Origin: Telmatobacter bradus
Lineage (GTDB): Bacteria; Acidobacteriota; Terriglobia; Terriglobales; Acidobacteriaceae
Direction: 5' to 3'
NCBI RefSeq assembly: GCF_048629425.1
Contig: NZ_CP184532.1
Span: forward strand, 413,398 to 445,397
DNA length: 32,000 nt
Positions 17,237 through 26,026 of this stretch are shown in pieces. The translations under genes and the position numbers were made by a program. The notes beneath the pieces were generated by a model. That model was not told the DNA's origin. It ran no database searches and saw only the letters and a list, made by a program, of their open reading frames with translations. The stretch's first letter is position 1. Each line of letters starts with the position of its first letter.

Positions 17237-18445
17237 CTACGCCGCTTGCATGGGAACAACGCTGCCGAAGGGCGCATGACGGCCGCCGGTTGAGGCCCAG
17301 AGCACGGGATAGTATGGAGCTTCGTCGGGAAATGTCCCGTAGAGGTCGGTCAGAAAGACCAGCGTCTGCGGTTGAATTCCATGCTCCCTCAGCCAGTCGA
17401 AGCACGGACCGAAGTCAGTTCCTCCGCCGCCAACGGGATTGAGATGAACGGTCTCCCCGGCTTGATAGGTCTCCACTTTGTGTACCTCAGTGTCGAAGTA
17501 CAGGACGTGAACGCACTGTGGCCGTTGGCCTTCGAGGATCGAGCAAACCTCAGCTTCAAAGAGACGCAACAACCGACCATTCACCGAGCCTGAGCAATCG
17601 ACAGCGATGGCAATCTCTCCGACGCCCTCGCGCACGACTCCAGGCAGATAGAGTCCGTTCCAGATGTGACGGCGGTTGGGCCGCATCCAACTCGAATCGG
17701 CAGGGATAGTATCGGACCAGAGCCGGCGCAACAGTTCACGCCAGTCTACTGTTGCCTCTGCGGCTCCTTCGAGAGTGCGGGCCAGACCCGCAGGAGCCTT
17801 GCCGGCTTGCTTCGAGAGCGTGACTGCTTGGTTGACGGCAACGCTCCACTCTCGCGCCTGCTCTTCAACACTGGGTGTTTCGTCGTTCGGCAGAGGTGCA
17901 TCAAGAACCTGGCCGATGCCGCCCTCCGTCACTGGCGCAGTCGGCTCATCGGTGCTGCCTTGCTTTTCTGGCGTTTCGCCCGCGCCAGTTCCGGCACCGT
18001 TATTTGAGCTGTTCTGGCCGCCAGACTGCGGCTGTGCTTCTGCATCGCGCAGGTTGTAAATCTGTTCAGCACTCATGCCACGGAAGCGGTGATCGACAAG
18101 AACGCCATCCGGCAGACTGAGGCCAGCGTCGAGCAGCAGTGGATTGATGGCGTAATCGCACGCCTCATTCCACCTCTTTGAATCGCGCCCGGAACGCCGC
18201 ACATGATGCTGGAGCGCGGGGTGCATGACCTCGTGGGCCAACACCCCGGCCAGCGTTGCCGAGTTCAGTGTATCGACGAACTCAGGGTTGTAGTAGAGCG
18301 ACACGCCATCCGTCGCCATGGTTGGAATCGACCGCTGTTCGCGCCCCTTCAAGCGAAACAAGAGCGAGCCAAAGAATGGATGATCCAACAGAAGCGTAGT
18401 CCGCGCCTTCTGAATACGAATGGATGCCGGTGTCTCATGTCTCAT
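17237..18445 (-). CDS. Zincin metallopeptidase-like (DUF2201_N) plus VWA-like domain protein
   Basis: ARTTLLLDHPFFGSLLFRL...TMATDGVSLYYNPEFV...LAGVLAHEVMHPALQHH..R...D...WN.ACDYAINP (HExxH). A low-complexity linker precedes a C-terminal VWA-like half (IAIAVDCSGSV...). There is a 4-nt overlap with the upstream gene. Confidence 0.85.
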   Translation of the reverse strand: MRHETPASIRIQKARTTLLLDHPFFGSLLFRLKGREQRSIPTMATDGVSLYYNPEFVDTLNSATLAGVLAHEVMHPALQHHVRRSGRDSKRWNEACDYAINPLLLDAGLSLPDGVLVDHRFRGMSAEQIYNLRDAEAQPQSGGQNSSNNGAGTGAGETPEKQGSTDEPTAPVTEGGIGQVLDAPLPNDETPSVEEQAREWSVAVNQAVTLSKQAGKAPAGLARTLEGAAEATVDWRELLRRLWSDTIPADSSWMRPNRRHIWNGLYLPGVVREGVGEIAIAVDCSGSVNGRLLRLFEAEVCSILEGQRPQCVHVLYFDTEVHKVETYQAGETVHLNPVGGGGTDFGPCFDWLREHGIQPQTLVFLTDLYGTFPDEAPYYPVLWASTGGRHAPFGSVVPMQAA

Positions 18446-19386
18446 GCCGCCGCGGGTGCCTCCATGTACGCAGACATACGGGAGAGGATGTCATCGACCG
18501 TTGGAGCGTCTGGCGCCTCCTCCGGCACGCTGGCTTCGCGATCACGCAGAACGCTATCGATCTCAGCGACAATCTCCGCGGCATCGTTTGCCGTTGCCAC
18601 GCGCAGCAGGTCGTGCTTCTTGAGGTCCTGCGCCGTAAAGCCGCACAGCCGCTGCCTGATCTGATCGGCGAACCGGTTCAGATCTGCGTCACCATTCACG
18701 TTCAGGCGCGGCAGCAACTCCACCAGATCGAAGACATTTGTGACCATCGTCGCGTGGAAGCGGGACTCCGGCTCATTCAAGCGGTCCACCATGTGCGAAA
18801 CCACATCCCTGAGCCGCTTCCACAAATCTTCGGTGCCGCGCGTCAGAGATTCCCGAACATTGGCGTCGATCTCGCGGGCGACACGCGCCTGCTCTTCGGC
18901 CGACATCTGTACGCGAAAGTCGTTGCCAGTCGGGATAGGCAAGATCTCCAGCTTCACGCCGAACTTCTTGCCCAGTTTGTCGGCGGCGGGATAGTCTTCC
19001 TCACGAAACAGGCCGTTCAGCTCCGGACGCACCTGCTCGATGTACTGCGGATAGACCTGAAGGAAGCTCTCCACGCCTTGCTCAAAGCTGGCCTCGAACT
19101 CGCGCATCCTAGCAGTCAAATCGAAATAGAGATTCGACGGTAACAGGCGAAAGCCCTCATCGGACCACGGCAACGTGATCTTGTAGAAGTACTGGCGCAC
19201 CTGCCCAGCCAGCGTGCGCAGTTCATCGAGTTTGTCGGCGCCACGCAGCAACTGCTTGTTGTAGCGGCCCGCGCCCTGGTGCGCTCCGTGTTGGTCGGCA
19301 ACGTCGCGGCTGATCTTGCGGTCGTGTTTGATGGCCGTCCAAATGCTGATATGGACGGCGGCGAGCATTGCGCGTTCAGTAATCAT
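18442..19386 (-). CDS. Conserved mobile-element protein, DUF3150-like (family name uncertain)
   Basis: 314-aa protein-like ORF sandwiched with 4-nt overlaps between the MoxR-like ATPase and the VWA genes. The N-terminal LAAVHISIWTAIKHDRK resembles my memory of the DUF3150 N-terminus. Confidence 0.75.
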   Translation of the reverse strand: MITERAMLAAVHISIWTAIKHDRKISRDVADQHGAHQGAGRYNKQLLRGADKLDELRTLAGQVRQYFYKITLPWSDEGFRLLPSNLYFDLTARMREFEASFEQGVESFLQVYPQYIEQVRPELNGLFREEDYPAADKLGKKFGVKLEILPIPTGNDFRVQMSAEEQARVAREIDANVRESLTRGTEDLWKRLRDVVSHMVDRLNEPESRFHATMVTNVFDLVELLPRLNVNGDADLNRFADQIRQRLCGFTAQDLKKHDLLRVATANDAAEIVAEIDSVLRDREASVPEEAPDAPTVDDILSRMSAYMEAPAAA

Positions 19387-20393
19387 CGAACTACCTCCCT
19401 ATGTTCCACTCCGAAGCGAACGAAATCCGGCGTGTGGGTGATGGCGGTGTCCCGCGCCGCAGCATCGCGCATCGCCATGACGCGCATTTCGGTCGGCATA
19501 CGGTTCAGATACTTGAGTCCTCTGGCCACCGAGTTGTCAGTCATGGCCCGGCCAAGTGCCGTCGCAATTGCGATCTGCGCCGAGGTCTCCGCCGGGAGGG
19601 GAGCCGTCTCCGGGTTGAGCAGAATTTCGTCGATTGACGGCAACTGCCGAAAGAGCCGCAAGAATGCAATCAACTCCGCCGCCGCCGCAGGCCCTACCGT
19701 TCCGTCGAGCAACTGCGCCTCGAACTCGCTCGCGCCAGAAAGGAAGGTAGTCTTCTGCCGGTTCGCAATGCCGCGTAGAACATTGGAGGCCATCTCCCAG
19801 GATCGGGGAGTGGGCCAGGCATTGGCGTCCGAGGTCGCATCGGCGGTATGCAGCAGGTCAGGCTTGAAGCGGAGAAACGCGATAATCTCCGGCCGCACGC
19901 CCGCGCCCACGGCCCATTTGCACCAGTCGTTGAGGTCTGCTTCGAGGTCAAGATGAACAAACCGATTCCGCAACGGACGCGGCATCGAGAAATGCACACC
20001 CCGCTCCGAGGCCGGATTGCCGGCGGCAATAACTACCCAGCCGTCAGGCAAAACGTACTCTCCGAGTTTGCGGTCGAGCACCAGCTGGTAGCAGCCGGCC
20101 TGCGTCATCTGCGGAGCCGAGGTCAGCTCGTCGAGAAACAGAATGCCTTTCCCGGCGGTGGGAAGAAACTTGGGTGGCACCCACTCGGTCTGGTCCTCTT
20201 TGATGCGCGGCAGCCCGCGCAGATCGACCGGATCGAGTTGCACGGCGCGAACGTCAAGAAAATCAAAGTCGAGATCGTCCGCAACTTGTGCGACAATCTG
20301 CGACTTGCCAACGCCGCACGCGCCCCAGATATGCAGAGGCACACGTTCGCCGATCAGCGCATGAAGCGCCTCGTAAAGCTTGGATGGTTTCAT
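19383..20393 (-). CDS. MoxR/AAA_5-type AAA+ ATPase
   Basis: Walker A IWGACGVGKSQ, Walker B ILFLDELTSA, VVIAAGNP and PLRNRF, in a single AAA module of MoxR/CbbQ-like size (336 aa). Confidence 0.88.
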   Translation of the reverse strand: MKPSKLYEALHALIGERVPLHIWGACGVGKSQIVAQVADDLDFDFLDVRAVQLDPVDLRGLPRIKEDQTEWVPPKFLPTAGKGILFLDELTSAPQMTQAGCYQLVLDRKLGEYVLPDGWVVIAAGNPASERGVHFSMPRPLRNRFVHLDLEADLNDWCKWAVGAGVRPEIIAFLRFKPDLLHTADATSDANAWPTPRSWEMASNVLRGIANRQKTTFLSGASEFEAQLLDGTVGPAAAAELIAFLRLFRQLPSIDEILLNPETAPLPAETSAQIAIATALGRAMTDNSVARGLKYLNRMPTEMRVMAMRDAAARDTAITHTPDFVRFGVEHREVVR

Positions 20394-20526
20394 TTTGATA
20401 TACCTCTGGCGGAATACTGGTTGGGTGTGAAGAATGGCTGGTCGGCCCTCGATTTGGGGATGCGTTCGATTGCCGTGTTGGCCGCTTTGGGGCGGAGCAG
20501 CGACGACGATATAAACTGATTCCTGA

Positions 20527-20796
20527 ATGAATTCATCAAGGGATCAGCAAGTCGAGGCGCTTCAGGCCGCGCTCAAGACGGCCCGTGAGAACGAGAACAG
20601 GTGGATGGAAATCTCCGCCGACTTCTCCACTGACCCTGAACGAATGGAGCAGTGGTCCAGCACCGCGAAACTCAGGCGGCTCGAAGTCGAGCGGATCGAG
20701 GCGCTCATTGTCGGTGCGTCGGAGCCTACTGGCTTGGCGCAACCGGTGCGCAGTGAGACGATTGAAGCGAAAAATAGATTGGGAGAGACAGCATGA
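20527..20796 (+). CDS. Hypothetical small protein (89 aa)
   Basis: Protein-like helical sequence, divergent from the MoxR operon. The stop overlaps the next ORF's start (ATGA). Its first ~50 nt and upstream region have a decayed second copy at 24440-24535. Confidence 0.6.
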   Translation: MNSSRDQQVEALQAALKTARENENRWMEISADFSTDPERMEQWSSTAKLRRLEVERIEALIVGASEPTGLAQPVRSETIEAKNRLGETA

Positions 20797-21035
20797 ACGA
20801 AGCGGAAATGAAAGCGGAGTTGGAGCGCCTGCGGGCAGAAAACGAAAAGCTCAAGAGCAAGGATTCAGCAGGGTTGAGTCTCAAGGTCAGCGAAAAAGGC
20901 GCCGTATCCCTCTACGGAATGGGGCGTTTCCCCGTCACTCTTTACAAGGAACAGTGGCTTCGCATACTTGCCAGCGCTCCTGTGATCGAAGCGTTTATCC
21001 GCGAAAACGACAGCAAGCTCAAGACCAAGGAGTAG
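20793..21035 (+). CDS. Hypothetical small protein (80 aa, coiled-coil N-terminus)
   Basis: MNEAEMKAELERLRAENEKLK followed by LSLKVSEKGAVSLYGMGRFPVTLYKEQW. Translationally coupled to the previous ORF. Confidence 0.6.
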   Translation: MNEAEMKAELERLRAENEKLKSKDSAGLSLKVSEKGAVSLYGMGRFPVTLYKEQWLRILASAPVIEAFIRENDSKLKTKE

Positions 21036-21295
21036 CGACGTCCACATCATTCTTTTGAGCCGCATCCCGAGTGGTAAGGCGATTTTGCATCATTCCAGTA
21101 CTTCTTCAGGCCACGTGGGCGTTTGCGTGCATTTGCCTATGCGACGCCACAAACGAAGTAACAGGCTTCACTTCATTCCGCGAGCAATGGCCGGCGCTTG
21201 ATGCGACCGGTCGCATTTGACCTTCATTTCCATCTTCTCTTGATGTGTGTTACCGATGAGCGCGGCGTGCTATTAAATAACAGCGGGCCTGACTC

Positions 21296-22276
21296 CTAAA
21301 CCGTGACCAGCTCGTATTCGTCTCTGCCCATCTTCATCTCTTTCATGTAGGAGAGCTGCCGAAGGCCGTGACGAGATTCAATGCGTTCCTTGAGGTCATG
21401 AAGTTCAGCTTCAGGCAGCTTGTACACCATGTCGATGGAAGCTTGGTCCACCGCCAGGATGTCGGTGGAAGCCAGAATGCCGAGGTTGTGTGCCTTCGTC
21501 GGCGCTGCGCTGACGCCTAAGCAGTCGCAGTCCACGGACATATTGCGCAGCACATTGATGTAGACGATTCTGTTGCCGAAATGATTGATCGTGGCTTTTG
21601 CCGACTCCACCATGTTTTCCATGAACGGCTCACCCGTCAACCACTTCGAAATGTCTTCATCATCCGGTGCGGCATGCACCATTTTCTTGCCGATTGCCCC
21701 GTCTGCGCAGCCGATGGCGATGTTCTTCAGCGAACCACCGAACCCGCCCATCGGATGCCCCTTGAAGTGAGTGAGCACCACCATTGAGTCGTAGTTCAAC
21801 ATATGTTTGCCGACCGACATCTCTTTGAAATGCTTTCCGCCTTCAACGGGAATCATCACCGCTCCGTCCTCGTCCATAATGTCGACCGGACAGAAATCCC
21901 AGCCATTGATCTTGAGCGTCTCGCGGTGTTCGGCCGTCGTGTTGCGCTGGCCCTTGTAAAACGTGTTGGTTTCGACCAGACAGCTATTGGGAATGTGCTG
22001 CTGCAAGGCTCTTACCATTTCGCGAGGGACAATATTGGGGCCGTGCGGTTCGCCGGTATGCAGCTTGATCGCGACCTTGCCGCCGATTGTTGCATTGATC
22101 TTCAAATAGACTCTAAGCAGCCCATCGCCACTGAGGTCCCGAGTAAAGTAAACGTGCGATTTGTTTCCTTGCGTGGCGGCAAGAGCGGTTGTGGTGCCGA
22201 GATGGCCTGCGGTCGCGTGGCCCGCCGCAAGGGCGCTTCCCTTCGGAAATGTTCGGACTTCAATTTTGTCTGTCAT
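21296..22276 (-). CDS. DUF362 domain protein
   Basis: VAIKLHTGEPHGPN, VVLTHFKGHPMGGFGGSLKNIAIGCA and CDCLGV fit my memory of the DUF362 pattern. The ATG at 22276 is preferred over 22300. Confidence 0.65.
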   Translation of the reverse strand: MTDKIEVRTFPKGSALAAGHATAGHLGTTTALAATQGNKSHVYFTRDLSGDGLLRVYLKINATIGGKVAIKLHTGEPHGPNIVPREMVRALQQHIPNSCLVETNTFYKGQRNTTAEHRETLKINGWDFCPVDIMDEDGAVMIPVEGGKHFKEMSVGKHMLNYDSMVVLTHFKGHPMGGFGGSLKNIAIGCADGAIGKKMVHAAPDDEDISKWLTGEPFMENMVESAKATINHFGNRIVYINVLRNMSVDCDCLGVSAAPTKAHNLGILASTDILAVDQASIDMVYKLPEAELHDLKERIESRHGLRQLSYMKEMKMGRDEYELVTV

Positions 22277-22466
22277 GCTTGCCCCATCGTCAACCGCCAA
22301 TAATACGGACCATTGACACAGTCGTATCCGGCAGTTCCTGAATCAGGCTAGACCTTCGGCAAACAGCATACTGTGCAGATGGGGACACTCTACGAGCGCA
22401 ATCCGCCAAACCCAACGAAATCAAGGAATCCGTTTATCTTTGGGCGACGATGAGGCTTGCTTTCCT

Positions 22467-22751
22467 CTATTTGAGAGCAAGGTCGCCGAACCAATAGACT
22501 GCCGTCACGCCACCATCCAAAAGGATGTCGCTGCCGGTGATGAAGGCGCCGTCAGGACCCATGAGGAGTGCCCCAACAGACCCAACCTCATCTGGAGTGC
22601 CTGCGCGTCCAGCCGCAGATACCTCAAGCATGCGCCGATAGCTTGGGCCGAGCGGCCCCTTCAACTCATCGTTCGCGAGCGGAGTGATGATGATGCCGGG
22701 GCTAATCGTGTTGACCCGGGTGTCCGCGCTTTCCCCAACGGACTGCCTCGG
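22467..22751 (-). pseudogene. Short-chain dehydrogenase/reductase (SDR) C-terminal remnant
   Basis: The frame encodes ...TRVNTISPGIIITPLANDE...GRAGTPDEVGSVGALLMGPDGAFITGSDILLDGG. An in-frame TGA at 22752-22754 and more stops upstream break it. The Rossmann N-terminus and an intact YxxxK are absent. Confidence 0.75.
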
Positions 22752-23130
22752 TCACCCATGCGCGACATCAAGGCGCGCCATCTGGTCGAAGTCGAACAAA
22801 ACCGAAACTAGATCAACGGTTAACAGCCCATTGCGCGCAATGAGAACTCTATCGGTCGTCCGCACCGGTCTCGGTTCGGTGGCGGTTCAGCAACGATCCA
22901 CAATTGGAAGAGCGCACGGTGGTGCGTCCCTTTAGGGCGTGCCCTCCAGTTCTTCAGTTCCTTCCATTGGCTGGCCTCGTTGATCTCTGCAGATCCGAGG
23001 TCTTCTTCTGGCTCGGTCGGTACGGCATTGAGTGCGACAGTTGGTAGTAGCCACACATGCATGCCCCTATTCCCACTCAGATTCGTCAAGGCTTAGCTTC
23101 GCTCGGGCCGTTGTGTGGTTTGGTTCTTGC

Positions 23131-23970
23131 TTAGTGACTCGCTGTCTGGCGCACCACCTCTTCCATCTTGCCCATCAGCGAACTCATCTGATGCGACAGC
23201 GACTGAATCTCAGCCTCTGCGCGCCGGTTCACCTGGAAATCCAACTCACTCCGCACGCGGTCCTTCACGTCCTGGCGGTTCTGGCTCATCATAATCACCG
23301 GAGCCTGAATTGCAGCCAGCATCGACAGAAACAGGTTCAGCAGAATAAATGGATATGGGTCCCACGCCCGGTTGTGAAGCACCACATTCATCGACGAATA
23401 CACCACGAGAATAACCGCAAAAAGGATGATGAACGACCAAGAGCCACCAAAGCGCGCCACAGAGTCCGCTAGACGCTCACCAAAGGTGGACTCTTCCTCG
23501 ATGACTTCGTTGGGGTTGCGGCAGATCCGGCTCCGCACCAGATTTTGCGAGGCATGGAGCTGCCGCGCCTGCATGGTCAGCATGTCCATGCCTGCCATCG
23601 GCATATGCATCACCAACTCGATAATGTCATCGCGCCCAACCTCCAGGCAGACCGTCTCTTCTATCGCCATCGCCGTCGACTGGTGCTCGGACTGCTGAAG
23701 CATCGATGCAAAGCCGAAGAACTCCCCGTGCACCGGCTCCTCAACCACTACTTCCTGCTGGTCTTCGTCCGTCATGGCCACTTGCGCTTTGCCCGACATC
23801 ACCACGTAACCATGATCCGCGGGGTCCCCGGCCTGGAAGATGCGCTCGCGTGGCGCAAATCGTTTGATCTCCACCTGCGCCGCCAGAACTTCAACTTCAT
23901 CGTCGTCCAGAAGTTCGAAAAGAGGAACGTGTCGCAACTCGTCGGGATTGCATGGCATGGCTTGCCTCAT
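23131..23970 (-). CDS. Cyclic-nucleotide-binding domain fused to a DUF1003 two-TM membrane domain
   Basis: The N-terminus has a cNMP-binding/CAP effector-domain pattern (VPLFELLDDDEVEVLAAQVEIKRFAPRERIFQAGDPADHGYVVMSGKAQV...GEFFGFASML). The C-terminus reads GERLADSVARFGGSWSFIILF...WDPYPFILLNLFLSMLAAIQAPVIMMSQNRQ..KDR, which fits DUF1003. The start could instead be the ATG at 23958. Confidence 0.85.
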   Translation of the reverse strand: MRQAMPCNPDELRHVPLFELLDDDEVEVLAAQVEIKRFAPRERIFQAGDPADHGYVVMSGKAQVAMTDEDQQEVVVEEPVHGEFFGFASMLQQSEHQSTAMAIEETVCLEVGRDDIIELVMHMPMAGMDMLTMQARQLHASQNLVRSRICRNPNEVIEEESTFGERLADSVARFGGSWSFIILFAVILVVYSSMNVVLHNRAWDPYPFILLNLFLSMLAAIQAPVIMMSQNRQDVKDRVRSELDFQVNRRAEAEIQSLSHQMSSLMGKMEEVVRQTASH

Positions 23971-24096
23971 TCATGACCTGGATTAGGTCGGCTGCGTCTG
24001 GTCGTGGGTGACAATATTAGACCTGACAATCAACCGTTACCTCAATCATCATGATATGCGCTTGACGATTCTGTGAAGAATTGGGAAATGGATATC

Positions 24097-24430
24097 TCAG
24101 GCCACGTCATCCAGTTCTTCGGTCTCTTCGATTGGCTCATCGTCGTCAACCTCCGCAAACCCGGGTTCTTCGTCCGATTCTGCAGGCGCGACGGTGGTTG
24201 TGGCAGCCGGTGCTGGCATATCGAATAGGCTTGCGGGCTTCTGGGGTGCGGACTTCGATGGCTCAGTGGACTTGGCTGTCGGAGAATACTGAGTGACTTC
24301 TGTATTCGGCTGCGTTGTCTTGGTCGGCGTCTTCGACTTTGTGCGCGCCTCGGCCTGGGCATCCTTGGAAGCCGCATCCATCTCGGCCATGGCCTCCTCC
24401 AGAATGTCCTCATCTGCAGATGGCAGTCAA
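24097..24430 (-). pseudogene. Decayed second copy of the 3' half of PRTRC protein E
   Basis: Nucleotide-level similarity (roughly 80% by eye) to 26379-~26714. It encodes ...AEMDAASKDAQAEARTKSKTPTKT...PASLFDMP...EPGFAEVDDDEPIEETEELDDVA. The first ~66 codons are missing. It has a 1-nt deletion relative to the intact copy in the LEKVKAEMD region. Confidence 0.8.
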
Positions 24431-24439
24431 CGAGACTGA

Positions 24440-24535
24440 CCGCTTTTGGGAGCAACAACGACAACAATATAAATTAATTTCTGAATAGATTCGTCAAGAG
24501 ATCAGCAAATCAGGGCGTTTCAGGTCTCGGGACGG
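24440..24535 (+). repeat. Decayed second copy of the 20470-20570 region (upstream region plus first codons of the 89-aa ORF)
   Basis: Compare CCGCTTTTGGGAGCAACAACGACAACAATATAAATTAATTTCTGAATAGATTCGTCAAGAGATCAGCAAATCAGGGCGTTTCAGG with CCGCTTTGGGGCGGAGCAGCGACGACGATATAAACTGATTCCTGAATGAATTCATCAAGGGATCAGCAAGTCGAGGCGCTTCAGG. In this copy ATG has become ATA and a stop follows after 17 codons. Confidence 0.75.
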
Positions 24536-24887
24536 TGAAGAGCTCCACTCTTGGATTTCATAAAGAAATCTTGATGGAGCGGTCACTATTGACCAGACAG
24601 CCTCAATCCGCGGAGGAGATGATTTGAGGAAACAAGTGTGCATCTCTTGCACTCGGAGATGCACTTCTTGGCCCACGTACCACAGCGTCTGCGACTGGCT
24701 CAACAACTATTGCAAGCATCCACCACTACTCTCCATTCTCGCTTGCACCACAGCAGGAATGTCCGTTGTGGCTCTCACCCTTGCAATGTTTTCAGCGGCA
24801 GCAGAGTCCGGCGTTTGCGCGGCTCTGATCGTCACTTCTATTGGGTAGAAGTCTCAAGGGCGGGAAATAAAGGAGGATGCCAGCAAT

Positions 24888-25373
24888 ATGCTTGACCAAG
24901 TTAACTTTGTTCGCCACATTGCCCTGCTGGCTCCAATTCCAAAAGAGCACATTGATTTAGCACCCGTGAAATTTCACAAGGTGAATAGGGTGTCTTTCGG
25001 AAGCAGAAACAGTGATGTCTTTTTCAAACTAGACCAAGAACGTGATGGCAAACCTGTCGATGTCTATATCTATGAGTCCGACGAGAGCGGTCAATACGAT
25101 TTCAGGGTCTCATGGCACGCTCGTTTTCTACAAAGCGTAGCCGCGATTAACGGCGCACATCCCGACAAGATGGTGTATCGCCCGGACTCAACTGCCAAGT
25201 CCCCCGAAGACATCGAGGGTGAAGACTGGTTGCTCTTTTGGGAACTGGATTCGCTTGAAGAAATTGCTGAAGAAGACCGCGTTCACGTTGGCGCGTTCAC
25301 GCCCTTCGGAAAGAATGAGCCGTACGGTAATTCCTTCGTGCCGGTAGGGCCGATGCTGATTCAACATCCATGA
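24888..25373 (+). CDS. Hypothetical protein (161 aa), no family recognised
   Basis: Strong RBS (AAAGGAGG 8 nt upstream of the ATG), protein-like composition, and lower GC than its surroundings by eye. The C-terminal DWLLFWELDSLEEI...FVPVGPMLI looks like a folded domain. Confidence 0.7.
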   Translation: MLDQVNFVRHIALLAPIPKEHIDLAPVKFHKVNRVSFGSRNSDVFFKLDQERDGKPVDVYIYESDESGQYDFRVSWHARFLQSVAAINGAHPDKMVYRPDSTAKSPEDIEGEDWLLFWELDSLEEIAEEDRVHVGAFTPFGKNEPYGNSFVPVGPMLIQHP

Positions 25374-25501
25374 GTAGCATCATCCACATTCAGAGTTCAT
25401 TGCCTCCAAGCCAAACCGAATTGCTGCCTCCCAAAGTTTTAGCCACCCTTGACAGATGACCACCTTTTCGCCTCGTGTAGACTTGTAGCGGAGGATTTTG
25501 A

Positions 25502-25810
25502 ATGAGCACGAAACAACTACTGGCTGAAATCGAGCGCGGCATCAAAGCCTTACAGAAGGCACAGGCTTTGGTGTTGAAGGCTGAGGCTGTTGCACCGAAG
25601 GCTAAGGCGACCACGGCCAAGACAGCCCGCGCGAAGGCGGCCAAGGCAACTAAGGTACCAGCAAAGAAGGCCACAAAGGGCGGAATGAGCGATGAGGGTC
25701 GAGCCAAGATTGCCGCAGCTCAGCAGAAGCGTTGGGCGAAGGTCAAGCGGGAAAAGAACAAGGCCGCTAAGGCCGCAAAAGCCGCTCTGGCCGTCCCCGC
25801 AGTACTGTAG
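25502..25810 (+). CDS. Histone H1-like Lys/Ala-rich DNA-binding protein
   Basis: An N-terminal helix is followed by AKAKATTAKTARAKAAKATKVPAKKATK and KNKAAKAAKAALA repeats. A hairpin terminator follows. Confidence 0.75.
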   Translation: MSTKQLLAEIERGIKALQKAQALVLKAEAVAPKAKATTAKTARAKAAKATKVPAKKATKGGMSDEGRAKIAAAQQKRWAKVKREKNKAAKAAKAALAVPAVL

Positions 25811-25827
25811 CCCGCTCTCAACCAAAG

Positions 25828-25873
25828 ACATAAAGGCTACAAGGCTATAGCTCTCAGAGCCTTTATGTTTATT
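25828..25873 (+). terminator. Rho-independent-type terminator after the H1-like gene
   Basis: ACATAAAGGCT (25828-25838) pairs with AGCCTTTATGT (25858-25868), followed by TTATT. Confidence 0.6.
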
Positions 25874-26026
25874 GTGGAGGACTCGCTTGTTCGCTTTGGA
25901 CGCACATGGCCACGATGGTCAATCCAGCTCAGACCTCCGCACACCACGGAACTACAAACGTGATAGCACACAAAGCCTCAATCCAAGTTTTGATGTGTCA
26001 ACGTGCATGAAGCAGAGGACGATGAT

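Noticed and set aside
21201-21216. A perfect 16-bp palindrome ATGCGACCGGTCGCAT in the 260-bp spacer between the 80-aa ORF and the DUF362 gene.
   Set aside because: It is a single occurrence with no loop, so it would make a poor terminator. It has no second copy or adjacent regulator to link it to. It could be a protein-binding site, but nothing supports that.
22752-23130. Possible further upstream remains of the SDR gene (e.g. ...RVLIARNGLLTVDLVSVLFDFDQMARLDVAHG-stop) and the 89-aa ORF 22820-23089.
   Set aside because: Similarity to the SDR catalytic region is too degenerate to assert by eye: there is no YxxxK and there are multiple stops. The 89-aa ORF has no RBS or motif. I treat the region as decayed or intergenic.
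24042-24467. A 141-aa ORF (and 26162-26659, 165 aa) rich in Arg/Pro/Ser, overlapping the PRTRC-E copies.
   Set aside because: These are off-frame readings of the Lys/Ala/Pro-rich linker of protein E. The E frame gives the conserved AEMDAASK...acidic-tail sequence.
24624-24848. A 74-aa ORF with a hydrophobic C-terminus, and a 9-bp hairpin (24638-24646 pairing with 24656-24664), downstream of the decayed small-ORF copy.
   Set aside because: It has a non-ATG start, no RBS, a Cys/Thr-rich N-terminus and no recognisable family. It lies in what looks like decayed sequence. I have listed neither the ORF nor the hairpin as a feature, but a small membrane peptide cannot be excluded.
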